A stretch of DNA of 62,904 nt, the filler included, from Isurus oxyrinchus (taxonomy: Eukaryota): assembly GCA_026770705.1 (NCBI GenBank). It is 2 parts of 2 records of this genome, joined end to end, with 100 filler letters (N's around TTAATTAATTAA, not from the genome) between each part and the next. Parts side by side here need not be neighbours in the genome. Positions count along the whole stretch, not along the records: positions 31,674 to 62,904 come from JANJGN010000210.1; 1 more part is not named here. One strand, given 5' to 3'. How positions within the stretch are numbered: the first letter of the stretch is position 1; the number at the start of each line of letters is the position of its first letter. The translations under genes and the position numbers were made by a program. Shown in pieces: positions 52,480 to 62,904 of this stretch. The notes under the pieces were generated by a model, which was not told the DNA's origin, ran no database searches, and was given only the letters and a program-made list of their open reading frames with translations.

Positions 52480-52525
52480 ATGAGGTCGGCGATTTCTCTC
52501 AGTTTGTTGCTGACTTTCTTATCCC
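52480..52525 (+). CDS. IGHV: IgH leader exon (MRSAISLSLLLTFLS; in-frame upstream ATG at 52468)
   Basis: Hydrophobic signal peptide, donor C|GTGAGT in phase 1, 128-bp intron to TACAG|. Confidence 0.92.
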
Positions 52526-52653
52526 GTGAGTAGTTTTTATTGTCCAAGTCTCTTACTGTCACTGTCTCAGTGTTAGTCTCTCTCTGGAATATTACAGAGT
52601 CAGGAATCATTTCACCAGGGTTAACCCTCGGGGTTTTTGATATATTTGTACAG

Positions 52654-52958
52654 GTGTCCAGTCGGAGATTGTGTTGACTCAGCCAGAGGCAGAGACCGGG
52701 CGCCCCGGAGGCTCCCTGAGACTGACCTGTGAAACCAGCGGCTTCGATCTTGGCAACTACTGGATGCAGTGGATCCGACAGGTTCCTGGACATGGGCTGG
52801 AGTGGCTGGTTAGCTACTATAGTTCATCCAACAACGGCTACGCCCCAGCAATTAAGAATCGATTTACTGCGTCCAAAGACACTTCAAGGAGCATCTTCTC
52901 CTTGGACATGACGAGCCTGAAGACTGAAGACACCGCCATCTATTACTGTGCAGCAGAC
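52654..52958 (+). CDS. IGHV: Immunoglobulin heavy-chain V segment, shark IgM type, germline and open
   Basis: (R)[63 protein letters not shown] with canonical Cys/Trp/Cys. Confidence 0.97.
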
Positions 52959-52997
52959 CACAGCGAGAGGAACCAGAGCTGGACCCGAACAAGAACA
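52959..52997 (+). other. V recombination signal sequence (23-bp spacer)
   Basis: CACAGCG (52959-52965) + 23 bp + ACAAGAACA (52989-52997). Confidence 0.92.
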
Positions 52998-53365
52998 GAT
53001 CGAGAGGGACTCAACAACTTCCATCGTAACCTGACGGTCAGTACTTGTTCTAAATGTAATATTAACTGTAATGATCAGAACCAGACAACAAGTCGCTTCT
53101 GACAAGAATAAAACAGCAAATTTAACAGTAAAACCTAACAAACCAATTGATATAATGGGTTGAGCTTTTGCTGTGTTTATATTTACTGTTAACAGTTTCC
53201 ACAATTACAGACCTGGATATAATGTTCATTTTAATATGTCTGACACTTGGAGGAGGGTCTCTGTTCATTAAGTTTTGTAAATTGCTGCATAAATACCAAA
53301 CTAGATCAGAAGTAAACGTCTATTTGAAGTAAATATTGCGAGGCAGCACTGAACAGAGTGGGTGC

Positions 53366-53445
53366 AGTTTTTGTGCGGGTGTATTTCACTGTGATACTAC
53401 AGCGGGTCACAGTGCTGTGCACAGCGACATCCTCATACAAAAACC
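53366..53445 (+). other. IGHD: D1 segment ATACTACAGCGGGT (53394-53407) with 5' 12-RSS and 3' 22-RSS
   Basis: AGTTTTTGT-12-CACTGTG | D | CACAGTG-22-ACAAAAACC. Confidence 0.95.
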
Positions 53446-53743
53446 TCAGGAGTTTGTTTAAATTCATGATCTCTAACACAGCAGGAACGTCAAAGAAAAT
53501 GAGAGTTAAATAACATAATGGGTCAAGGTTTGCCAAAAGGTGTAAAAGTATTCCGCTTTGTTCGTAGTTACGGACATGCTAAATCTGCAAAGAGATTTTG
53601 AAAGTATTCCAATCACATTTATAAATATAATGACCAGCACAGGCTGGAATATCTCACTGATTCATTCCTAAGCGAGTCGGAATCGGGTTTCTGAGAAGGT
53701 AGTGAACTTAAATCTCTGTATTTTACAGTGAACAGTCTGCCGC

Positions 53744-53812
53744 AGTATTTGACATGGTGTGTCTCACTGTGATATACTGGATGGCACAGCAGTTACTGTC
53801 AATACAAAAACC
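53744..53812 (+). other. IGHD: D2 segment ATATACTGGATGG (53772-53784) with 12/12 RSS
   Basis: AGTATTTGA-12-CACTGTG | D | CACAGCA-12-ACAAAAACC. Confidence 0.93.
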
Positions 53813-54142
53813 CCTCAGCACTAATTGAGTCTGCCTGGGTCAGTGCTCGCTTTTACAATCCAACTATATGTACAGTGAAGTATTATTTTTGTCCAGCAAT
53901 GCCCACAAAAACATGGTTTAAGATGGAAAAGTTGTGATAATTATCCATTCATCAGTTGGTGATTTCAATAACATCTTCATGTGTTACTCTGTGAATTATA
54001 AAAAATGAGGATCATTGATGAATAGCGAAAAATATCCACAAACGCAAATATAATTTCGTGAGGATTCATCGTGACCTCGCTTTGCCCCAGACTTATGAAT
54101 ATTTAAAATAATGGTGGATTTCTGTCTTTTTGGTGCAGGGGC

Positions 54143-54229
54143 AGTTATTGTATGTCACAGCCCAGGGAATGTAACACTGTGACGGTATGGGCTACTGGGG
54201 ACAAGGGACCATGGTGACGGTGACTGCAG
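54143..54229 (+). CDS. IGHJ: JH segment (54182-54229, GMGYWGQGTMVTVTA) with 5' 23-RSS
   Basis: AGTTATTGT-23-CACTGTG, WGQG motif, donor G|GTAAGA. Confidence 0.96.
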
Positions 54230-57169
54230 GTAAGAACCATGCACTTATTTAGTAACTGTTTTATTTGAGTCTTTGCTTTACGTTTTTGTCTATTTTAATA
54301 ATTCATTCCTTCACTGAAGCATGGGTTTGGTGGATTCTGTATTCAGATTTGTTTTACAATGCTTCATGCGATTCCGCTATGTCTTGACAAAAAAAGTACT
54401 GCTGAGGGATTCGTCCCTGGTCGTTGTGATTTGGTGTTTATCTACTGAGGATAATGTGTGGCCGGGTTACTTGAAATATCTAACGTTTGTTAAAACAGTT
54501 TGACGTTTCTGCAGTGTTTAATCTCGGTGACATCTAATGGCTGCAGGTTTTACCATCTGTTGCACAAGGGTTTAAATATGTCTGAAATCAAGCCCAATAT
54601 GAACAAAATGTGCTTGAGTTTCAATGTTAATTTATTGAACATGTTCCGCCTACTCACAATGCTGGTGCCATTATTCCATATTTCTGTTTAGTTTAATTAT
54701 TCATTCATTTGGTGACGAGCGGGTTGTCTGGATTCGATATTGAGATTTTCTTGCAATGTGACATTGGATTCTGTTGGAATTGTTTATTGAATTGAGTTGC
54801 TTCTCCATGAAACGGGTTTCAGCCCCAGTGATGTGATTTGGTGTTTTTCTGCTGAGGAGATTGTGTGTCTGGGTGGCTTTGAACAAGTGGAATTTGTGAA
54901 ACGGTTTGGCGGTTCTGCATTGTTTCTGCTTTGTTTAAACTCGGTGATATTGAGCGGTTACACGTTTTGTGGTTGAATGGAAACAGTCTACGCGTTTGTA
55001 TCTGCTTGAAGCGCGATTGTAGGCAGAAATTGGGAAAAAGCGTTTAAAGATGCGTTAGAACATTTTGTTTTTATTTTAAGTGATAATTGCAGATTAAGCT
55101 AAACCATGGATAATGACGCTCATTCAGAACATAACTCGGTACTGCAATCAGAAACTATATAATTAACAAGTTTTCAAATTGTAAAGTAAAATTAATATAA
55201 TTCAAACAATTATAATATGGTAATATTTCTCCATATTGACGGAACAACTTTCATATTAACATAATTGATCATTAATCGTCTTTCACAATTCTGCTGGCAC
55301 TGCGCACTATTAAGATGATAGGAAAAGTTTTTAGGCTGGAAACATTTTGTGATTATGTATAAAAAAATCAATAAGAATATACTGACTCTACAGAATTGTT
55401 CAGATTCACAAGAGATTTTGAATTACTTTTTTAGATCCCTGATAACCTTTATCTTAAAATCTTAAAACCTTATCTTAAAGACTTAAAGAGGAGTTTGACA
55501 TTGCAGTTTGGCAATATGTGTATCCGTTTATTACATTCTTTCTGTGCAACCAGAGCCGCATTATTCCTTCAATGTCATTGGGATTTGGATAGCGAGATAA
55601 TTGTCACTAGTTTAATCTTAAACAGTTTTCTGGGGGTAGAATTTGCTGGCAGTAAATGAATTGTTCTTACATTTTCTTGAAATGTAGGAAGGTGCAGACT
55701 GCATATGAATAGAGTTTGACAAGTAAAAGCTTGAAATTCGAACAGATTAATTTAATTGCAAACATTAATATTAGTTTGAGCTTAATAACAATACCCTGCC
55801 TCCCATAGTTGTGCTGGAAACAGAATAGAATTATAGGGGAAGAACAGATTATATCTGAGATTCATGCTTAATTCTTATTAAATGTTAAATTGAAGAACAA
55901 AATCTCGAATCCTTTTGCTGGTTATATTTCAGTGGTGCAGATGATCTGAATGAATTGTTCTCATCAAGTTTTATACTGATCAATTTGGATCTTCTTTCAA
56001 TGAACAACATATTTAACCATTAAATTATAGGGATTGTTATCTAGGAAGCACTTTTATTGTTAAGTAACTGCTAGGAACATTTTTTACATATAGCTTGGAA
56101 TTAAGACAAGTTTGCTTTAACCAACAGATGGTGTTACAGCCCATCGACAGTTAATGTGATGTGACCCCCGGCCATATTTGAAAATATTTAAAATATTCCA
56201 CTCATAAAGTCATCGTGTGAATTACTCGATGAGAATAGATGGAATTTATGATTTCTCAATGCATTCAGAAACACGCATAGTTTACAATTTTGTACGTTAA
56301 AACAAGAGCAGTGGAAGTAAAAGTAAAATAGTAAATAATGATTAGATTTAAGTAAAATTGATATACTTCTCTGAATGTTACCATCTGGTAATTTCAAGTT
56401 TATTGTTCAACATTGTTTCAGTGTCAGGTTGATTTAAATAAACCCCAATTATTTCACAAAGTACCAGGGAGAAACAAGTTTTCAATTATTGAAAACCATT
56501 TTTAATATTATAGAGTAGAAATCAGCTAACAAGAAAATGAATTGACAATAACAAGATAATTAACTTACAAGATAATATTAGTGAAAATTAATTCAACATA
56601 AATAAACTCCAACAATTAAGTAGTCATTATAATGAATGCAAAATCTCAAAGGGTGGAGAGAATTTTTAATTGTATCCAAAATGAATTTAGAAAAGAATAC
56701 TTCCTTACTCAGCTGTGCTCAGCTCGAATAGGTGTTTCGCCTTGATGATTTTCTTGATTATATTTATATCTACAATCACATCAAATCAGTGGGTAATCGA
56801 TTTTCAATGTGAATATTTCCTGATTTGTTTAATTCTTACCTTGTCATTGAGTTTCTGTTACGGACATGAAATTACCCTGAATCTGTCATATTTAATGTGC
56901 TCATTTTCAGGGTAACTTAAATCTTACATTGTTTGGAGATTTGAGGCAGACAGGGAGAATTAAATGGAGTTCAAAGGGAGTTTTAAAATGAAAATCAGAT
57001 TAATTTCAAAGAAGTTATAGAATAATTGTAGTAAATTGACCATTGATCAATTAGAATCAAACAGCTTGAATAAAATGGACGGATTGAACAGATCTATCTG
57101 CTGGGAACTCACTTGTTGCATCATTTATGTCTGTTCTGTGCCTGTGCGCGTGGTCACTATGCTGGGACC

Positions 57170-57640
57170 AGGATTCTGACATATTGACAGTGAAGGAACG
57201 GCGATATAATTCCAAGTCAGAATAGTGGGTGCCTTGGAGGGGAACGTACAGGTGGCAGTGTTTCCAAGCACCTGCTGCCCTTGTCCTTCTAGTTAGCAGA
57301 GATTGTGGGTTTTAAGAGTGCTCCTGAAGGAGCCTTGGCGAGTTGCTGCAGTGCATCTTGTATATGGTACACACTGCTGTCACTGTGTGTCAGTGGGGGA
57401 GGGAGTAAATGTTTAAGGTGGTGGATGGGGTACCAATTCTGTGGGCTGCTTTGTCCCGGATAGTATCGAGTTTCTTGGGGTTTTTTGAAGTTTCACTCAT
57501 TGAGGCAAGTGGAAACTATTCAATCCCAGTCCTGACTTGTGCCTTGTAGATGGTCAGTTGTCTTTGGGCAATAGGAGTTGAATTGCTCGCCACAGAATTC
57601 CCAGCCTCTGACCGGCTCTTGCAGCCACAGCATTTATATC
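57170..57640 (-). mobile_element. LINE 3' fragment (family of 6400-7318) in the J-C intron
   Basis: Reverse complement of CCATCTACAAGATGCACTGCAG..CCAAGGCTCCTT-type sequence. Confidence 0.75.
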
Positions 57641-58389
57641 AAAACTGGATTGAACCCTCTCGTGGGCATATTTGATGGAACAATGTAGAGAGAGTTTTAT
57701 TTTATGTCAAACCAGTGCTGTACCTGACCCGGAGTGTTTGACAGTTCAGTGGAGAATTGGCTTTCTGTTGAATCCCATCCTTGCAGCTGATGACAGGAGT
57801 GTACCGGAGGAGGAGTGGGGGCTTTAATCCATGTCTTAACTTGTCCTGTTCCTGACCTGAGAGCCTTTTCCCTGCAGAGGTCAAACAAACTGAATCAGCA
57901 TTGAACTACCTGGCTGTGAGTCCTAGACCAGATCTGTGAAAATAAACAGTTCCATTGCTCAGTTGAAATGACGCACATTAATTGTTTTTAACAATATTTC
58001 TGGAGAGAACATGTATGCATTTTAAATGAATTAATTATGTTTAAGCATTTTGAGTATCAGAAAATCATTGAATGTGAGTGACCTGAACTTGAGCACAATT
58101 TCAGAACAAACAGAATCAGGGAGTGACAGTGAGTTTCCAGAGAGCAGCACCTGTTCTGATCTGATCAGAGGCTGCGAGTTATTTAAATGATTGAAATGGA
58201 CAATGACCAGACTCCCGCTCCAAATAACCAGTCGTGGGGGATTTGGGGAAAAGAAGCCGCCATCAAAGACTGAGTTATTGAATTGCCGCCTGCAGGGGGA
58301 GGAATGAATGACAGAAATAAGAGCATGAGGAGGACGTTCGGCCCTTCGATCCTGCCCTCCATTCAGTCAGATCATGGTTCATCTACCTC

Positions 58390-60240
58390 GACACTCAGTC
58401 TCTTTACCACACACCCTCACTCGCTCACTCTGTCTGTCACACACGCTCTCTCTCTCACACACACGTTCACTCTCTCTCTCTCTCTCACGCATTTTCTCTG
58501 ACAGACACACTGTCTCTTTCTCTCTCTGTCTCACACACACACACAAACATACTCTCACATTCTCTCTTTCACACACACAAACTCTCTTTAACACGCCCAC
58601 ACTCTGTCTCACACATTGCCTCTCTCTTTCACACACACTCTCAAACATACTATCTCAACTACACACACTCTCACGCATGTGCACACTGTCTCTCCAACAC
58701 ACACATGCACTATTTCTCACACATGCACTCTCACACACTCATTCTCTCTCACACACACACACACACTTTCTGTCTCTGTCTCTCTCTCTTTCCCTCTCAA
58801 AAACACACATACACTTGCATGCACTCTCTCTCTCTCTCTCTCTTTCTCACGCACACACACACATTCTCACATACATATGTGGGCTGAAAATACTAATTTC
58901 AGAATGAAAATCCGTTAAACTGCAGGCATGTTCATTGTTCCATTTCTGAAGTCCTTTTGTGTAAAATGCAATTACACAGGTGACATCACTATATATGTGG
59001 AGAATTTCCAAGTGTTGAACTAAACACAAAGAAACAAGAAAATGGGAGGGATGTGATGGAGACCACGGCCGCCTTGATCCCCAATACTGGTGCACACTTG
59101 GTGCAAGATACCTGCACGGCCCATCCTGGTTTTGCTGTAACCTTCCCCTCCAGCCCCTCAGTCTGCCTATTCGCACACTGACACGGGTTTCTTAAAGAAA
59201 GGCATCAGCATTAAAGCAGCTGGCCAGTGCTCTACACTGCTGCCTGACTTTACACAGCCGGTGTTACTGAAAGCTGATCAATCTGGAGAATCGGGACAGG
59301 GTCGATGGAGAGGAAGAGGAGGAGGTGGAGCTGGTGGAGCTGAATGGAGGAGCCCCCAGCTCGGCAACAGGCAATGGAAAGCTGAGCCAGAGCAGAAAAT
59401 CATCTGGAGAAACATCACCTTGATGAGCCTGCAGCACCTGGGCACCCTCACTACCCACAATCATCACCTTCATTCTCTCACTCATCCTCACTACCCATAA
59501 TCACTCATCCTCACTCAATCTCACTCACTCACCCTCACTCACTCGCCATCACTCATCCTCACTCCCTCACCCACCCTCACTCACTCACCCTCGCTCACTC
59601 GCCCTCACTCCCTCTATCACTCATCCGCCCTCCCTCACCCACCCATGCTCACTCACCCTCACTCACTCACACTCACTCACCCATCACTCACGCACCCTCA
59701 CTCACTCTCTCTCACTCACCCTCACTCACCCATTTTCATTCTCACTCAATTACTCACCCTAACTCACTCACTCTCACTCACCCTCACTCACCTTTCCCTA
59801 CCGAGCCTCATTCTCACTCAATTACCCACCCTAACTCACTCACACTCACTCACTCTCACTCACCCACAGTCACTCACCCAGCCTCGTTCACAATCATTCA
59901 CCCACCCTCACTTATCCACCCTTACTCATCCACGCTCACTCATCCTTACTCAAACTCACTCATTCACCCATCCTTATTCACCTACCTGCACTCACAGTCA
60001 ATAACTCATCCTCCCCACCCTCACACACCCAGCAACTCTCACTCACCCACTCATCCACCCTCAGTCAATCACCCACCCTCACTCACTCATCCATTCTTAC
60101 TCACCCACATTCAGGCACCCACCCACGCTCACTCATCACTCACCCACGCACCCTCACTCACTCAGCCACCCGCCCTCGCTCTGTCACTCAGCCACCCTCA
60201 CTTTGTCAACCATGCACAGGCTCACTCACTCGATCACTTT
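58390..60240. repeat. (CT)n/(CA)n microsatellite (58390-58870) and CTCACTCACC-rich tract (59440-60240)
   Basis: Direct reading. Confidence 0.85.
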
Positions 60241-60329
60241 TCCTAAATCGGTGTGTGGGAGGGCGGGAACGAGAGACCTGGAAGAGAGGCCTGAGGCCTA
60301 GCAGTGCCAGAAAGTGGAGGATGGCCGAA

Positions 60330-62000
60330 GGGAGCGATGAGCGTCGGTCGAAAGGGCAGAGAGGCGAGGAGAAAGTGCAGAGAGCCTGGGGGAAAAGGCA
60401 GAGAGCCGAGGGGGTTGGGGTGGAAGGGCAAAGAGCCGGGGGGTTTGGGGGGAAGGGAAGAGAGTCGGGGAAAAGGGCAGGGATCCAGCAAAAAGTGCAT
60501 AAAGATTGGGCAAGGGTCAGCGAGCCCGGGAACGGTCAGCGATCCAGTGGAAAAGGTCAGAAAGCCGAGCGAAAGCGCAGAGACCCATGGAGTAAGTGCA
60601 GAGAGCTGGGGTAGAAAGCACAGGGAGGCGGGGGGTGGGGTGCAGTGCAGAGAGGCAGGAGGGGGAAAGGGCAAAGAGGCGGCGGGGGAAAGGGAAACGG
60701 TAGAGAGGCGGGGTGGAGGGCTGAGAGGCGGGGGTGCAGTGCGGAAAGGGCAGTAAAGCGGGGGGCAAAGGGCAGAGAGGCGGGAGGGGGAAAGGGCAGA
60801 GAGGCAGGAGGGGGAAAAGGCAGAGAGGCAGGAGAGGGAAAGGTCAGAGAGGCAGGAAGGAGAAAGGGCAGAGAGGCGGGAGGGGGAAAGGGCAGAGAGG
60901 CAGGAGGGGGAAAAGGCAGAGAGGCAGGAGAGGGAAAGGTCAGAGAGGCAGGAAGGAGAAAGGGCAGAGAGGCAGGAGGGGGAAAGGGCAGAGAGGCAGG
61001 AGGGGGAAAGGGCAGAGAGGCAGGAGGGAAAAAGGACAGAGAGGAGAGGAGGAAAGGGCAGGGAGGCCGGAGGAGGAAAGGGCAGAGAGGCCGGAGGGAA
61101 AAAGGGCAGAGAGGCGGGAGGGGGAAAGGGCAGAGAGGCGGGAGGGGAAATGGGCAGAGAGGCGGGAGGGGAAATGGGCAGAGAGGTGGGAGGGGAAATG
61201 GGCAGAGAGGTGGGAGGGGAAATGGGCAGAGAGGTGGGAGGGGAAATGGGCAGAGAGGCGGGAGGGGAAATGGGCAGAGAGGCGGGAGGGGGAAAGGGCA
61301 GAGAGGCGGGAGGGGAAATGGGCAGAAAGGTGGGAGGGGAAATGGGCAGAGAGGTGGGAGGGGAAATGGGCAGAGAGGCGGGGAGAAAGTGCTGAGAGGC
61401 GGGAGGGGGAAAGGGCAGAGAGGAGAGGAGGAAAGGGCAGAGAGGCGGGAGGGGGCAAAGGGCAGAGAGGTGGGAGGGCGAAGGGCAGAGAGGCGGGAGG
61501 GGGAAAGGGCAGGGAGGCGGGAGGGGAAAAGGGCAGAGAGGCCAGAGGGAAAAAGGGCAGAGAGGCAGAAGGGTGAAAGGGCAGAGAGGCTGGCGAGAAA
61601 GGGAAGAGAGGCGAGGGGTAAAGGGCAATGAGGCAGGAGGGGCAAAGGGCAGAGAAGCGGGAGGGCAAAGGGTAGAAGGGCCAGAGGAGGAAAGGGCAGA
61701 GAGACAGGAAGGGGAAAGGGCAGAGAGGTGGGAGGAGGAAAGGGCAGAGAGGCGGAGGGAGGAAAGGGCAGAGAGGCAGGAGGGGGAAAGGGCAGAGAGG
61801 CGGGAGGGGGCAAGTGCAGAGAGGAGGGTGGGGGTAAAGGGCAGAGAGGCAGGAGGGGGAAAGGGCAGAGAGGCGGGAGGGGGAAAGGGCAGAGAGGCAG
61901 AGGGAGGAAAGGGCAAAGAGGCGGGGGGAAAGGGCAGCGAAGCGGGCAGGGGGGAAGGGCTGAGAGGTGGGGGAATGGGGAAGGGCAGCGAGGTGGGCAA
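60330..62000 (+). repeat. Purine/G-rich 24-bp tandem array (GGGCAGAGAGGCGGGAGGGGGAAA)
   Basis: Tandem units, most homogeneous at 60760-61400; all long ORFs here are repeat artefacts. Confidence 0.93.
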
Positions 62001-62499
62001 AAGTGCAGAGAGCCGGAATACAGTGGGGACATCCGGGCGAAAGCATTTGTGAGCCGAGGCTCCAGGCACCCTGGGCCCCATTCTCTCTCTCTCTCTCTCT
62101 CTCTCCCTCATTGCATCTCCTCCTCCTGAAATCCTTTCCGTTCCTGGGGAAAGGCGATAAGTGCCTAGGAGAGAAAGGAGACAATGTCTCAGTGCGCTCC
62201 CCCCCCCACCCCCTCACCCCGGCCCCACTGGCTTCCTACACCTTCCTCCAGTGGGTGTTCACTGCCCCTCCAATCACAACCTGTTTGTCTCCCACTTTTC
62301 CTGCTGATAGGCCCACTAGTCAGGCTATCAGCAGCTAACGGGGTAGGGGGTGCGCCTGAGATTGGGGGAGCATCTCCTTACAGATATCTTCAACTCCACT
62401 TACCTGCCTTACTAGCATTTTGAACAACGGCTCCGGGGGCCAGACAGAGGGGCTTCGGGGGCCACAATCCAGTGACAGGACATGGATTGGACAAGCCCA

Positions 62500-62904
62500 T
62501 AATAAAGGAAAATAAGGAAATGGGCAGAGAAGTTGGCCAAATACTTTGGCCTTAACGAGGTGGTTACTAAAATGGCAGAGGCATTGGTTTTAATTTTCCA
62601 AACTTCCCGAGATTCTGGAACAGTCTAATCAGGTTGGAAAATAGAGAATGAGGCTTTCTCTTAAATAAAGGAGGGAAAGGGAAAGCAAGAAACTACAGGC
62701 CAGTTAGCTTAACATCTGTCAGAGCGAAAATGTTTTAATCTTTTCTTAAGGAGTATATCACGGGTCACCAAGAAAATCCGAATGCAAATATGGAGATCCA
62801 TCATGGTTTTGTGAAAGGGAAATCAATCACATTTGGCTGATTTATTTGAGGTCTTTGAAGTAAGAAGGAACATGAATAAAGGAGAACCTGTGGGTGTGCT
62901 CTAC
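62500..62904 (+). mobile_element. Decayed CR1 RT fragment
   Basis: NYRPVSLTSV and HGFVKGKS-like pieces. Confidence 0.7.

Noticed and set aside
52959-53102. C-terminal extension of the VH ORF
   Set aside because: Read-through of the RSS and the V-D spacer
7430-54229. Linkage of the left-half receptor-like exons to the IgH cluster
   Set aside because: The artificial spacer at 31574-31673 means adjacency is unsupported
60243-62217. Long Pro/Leu- or Gly/Arg-rich ORFs on both strands
   Set aside because: Artefacts of the 24-bp array
54230-62904. Ig constant-region exons
   Set aside because: No C1-set exon recognised; probably beyond the window end

Overview
Repeat-rich vertebrate DNA, almost certainly from a cartilaginous fish (shark). 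An artificial 100-bp spacer (44 N + TTAATTAATTAA + 44 N, 31574-31673) splits the window, so the two halves may not be neighbours in the genome. The right half holds an intact two-exon class A GPCR of the GPR139-like type (31841-34291), a ~4 kb 54-bp satellite, and the unrearranged V end of a cluster-type IgH (IgM-like) gene. That gene reads leader-VH(23-RSS)-(12)D1(22)-(12)D2(12)-(23)JH at 52480-54229 and is followed by a J-C intron containing a ~1.7 kb G-rich 24-bp tandem array; no constant exon was recognised. The left half holds many CR1-type and other LINE fragments, a 16-bp minisatellite, a complete but dead two-gene Harbinger transposon nested in a CR1, a second related insertion, an LTR+PBS fragment and a TPR-like retrocopy. 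It also has three in-frame spliced exons predicting a tyrosine-motif-rich (YxN) cytoplasmic tail, next to heavily decayed Ig-superfamily-like sequence. Hammerhead-ribozyme-like cores occur in a dispersed short repeat. All family assignments come from motif recognition by eye, not database searches, and repeat boundaries are approximate.
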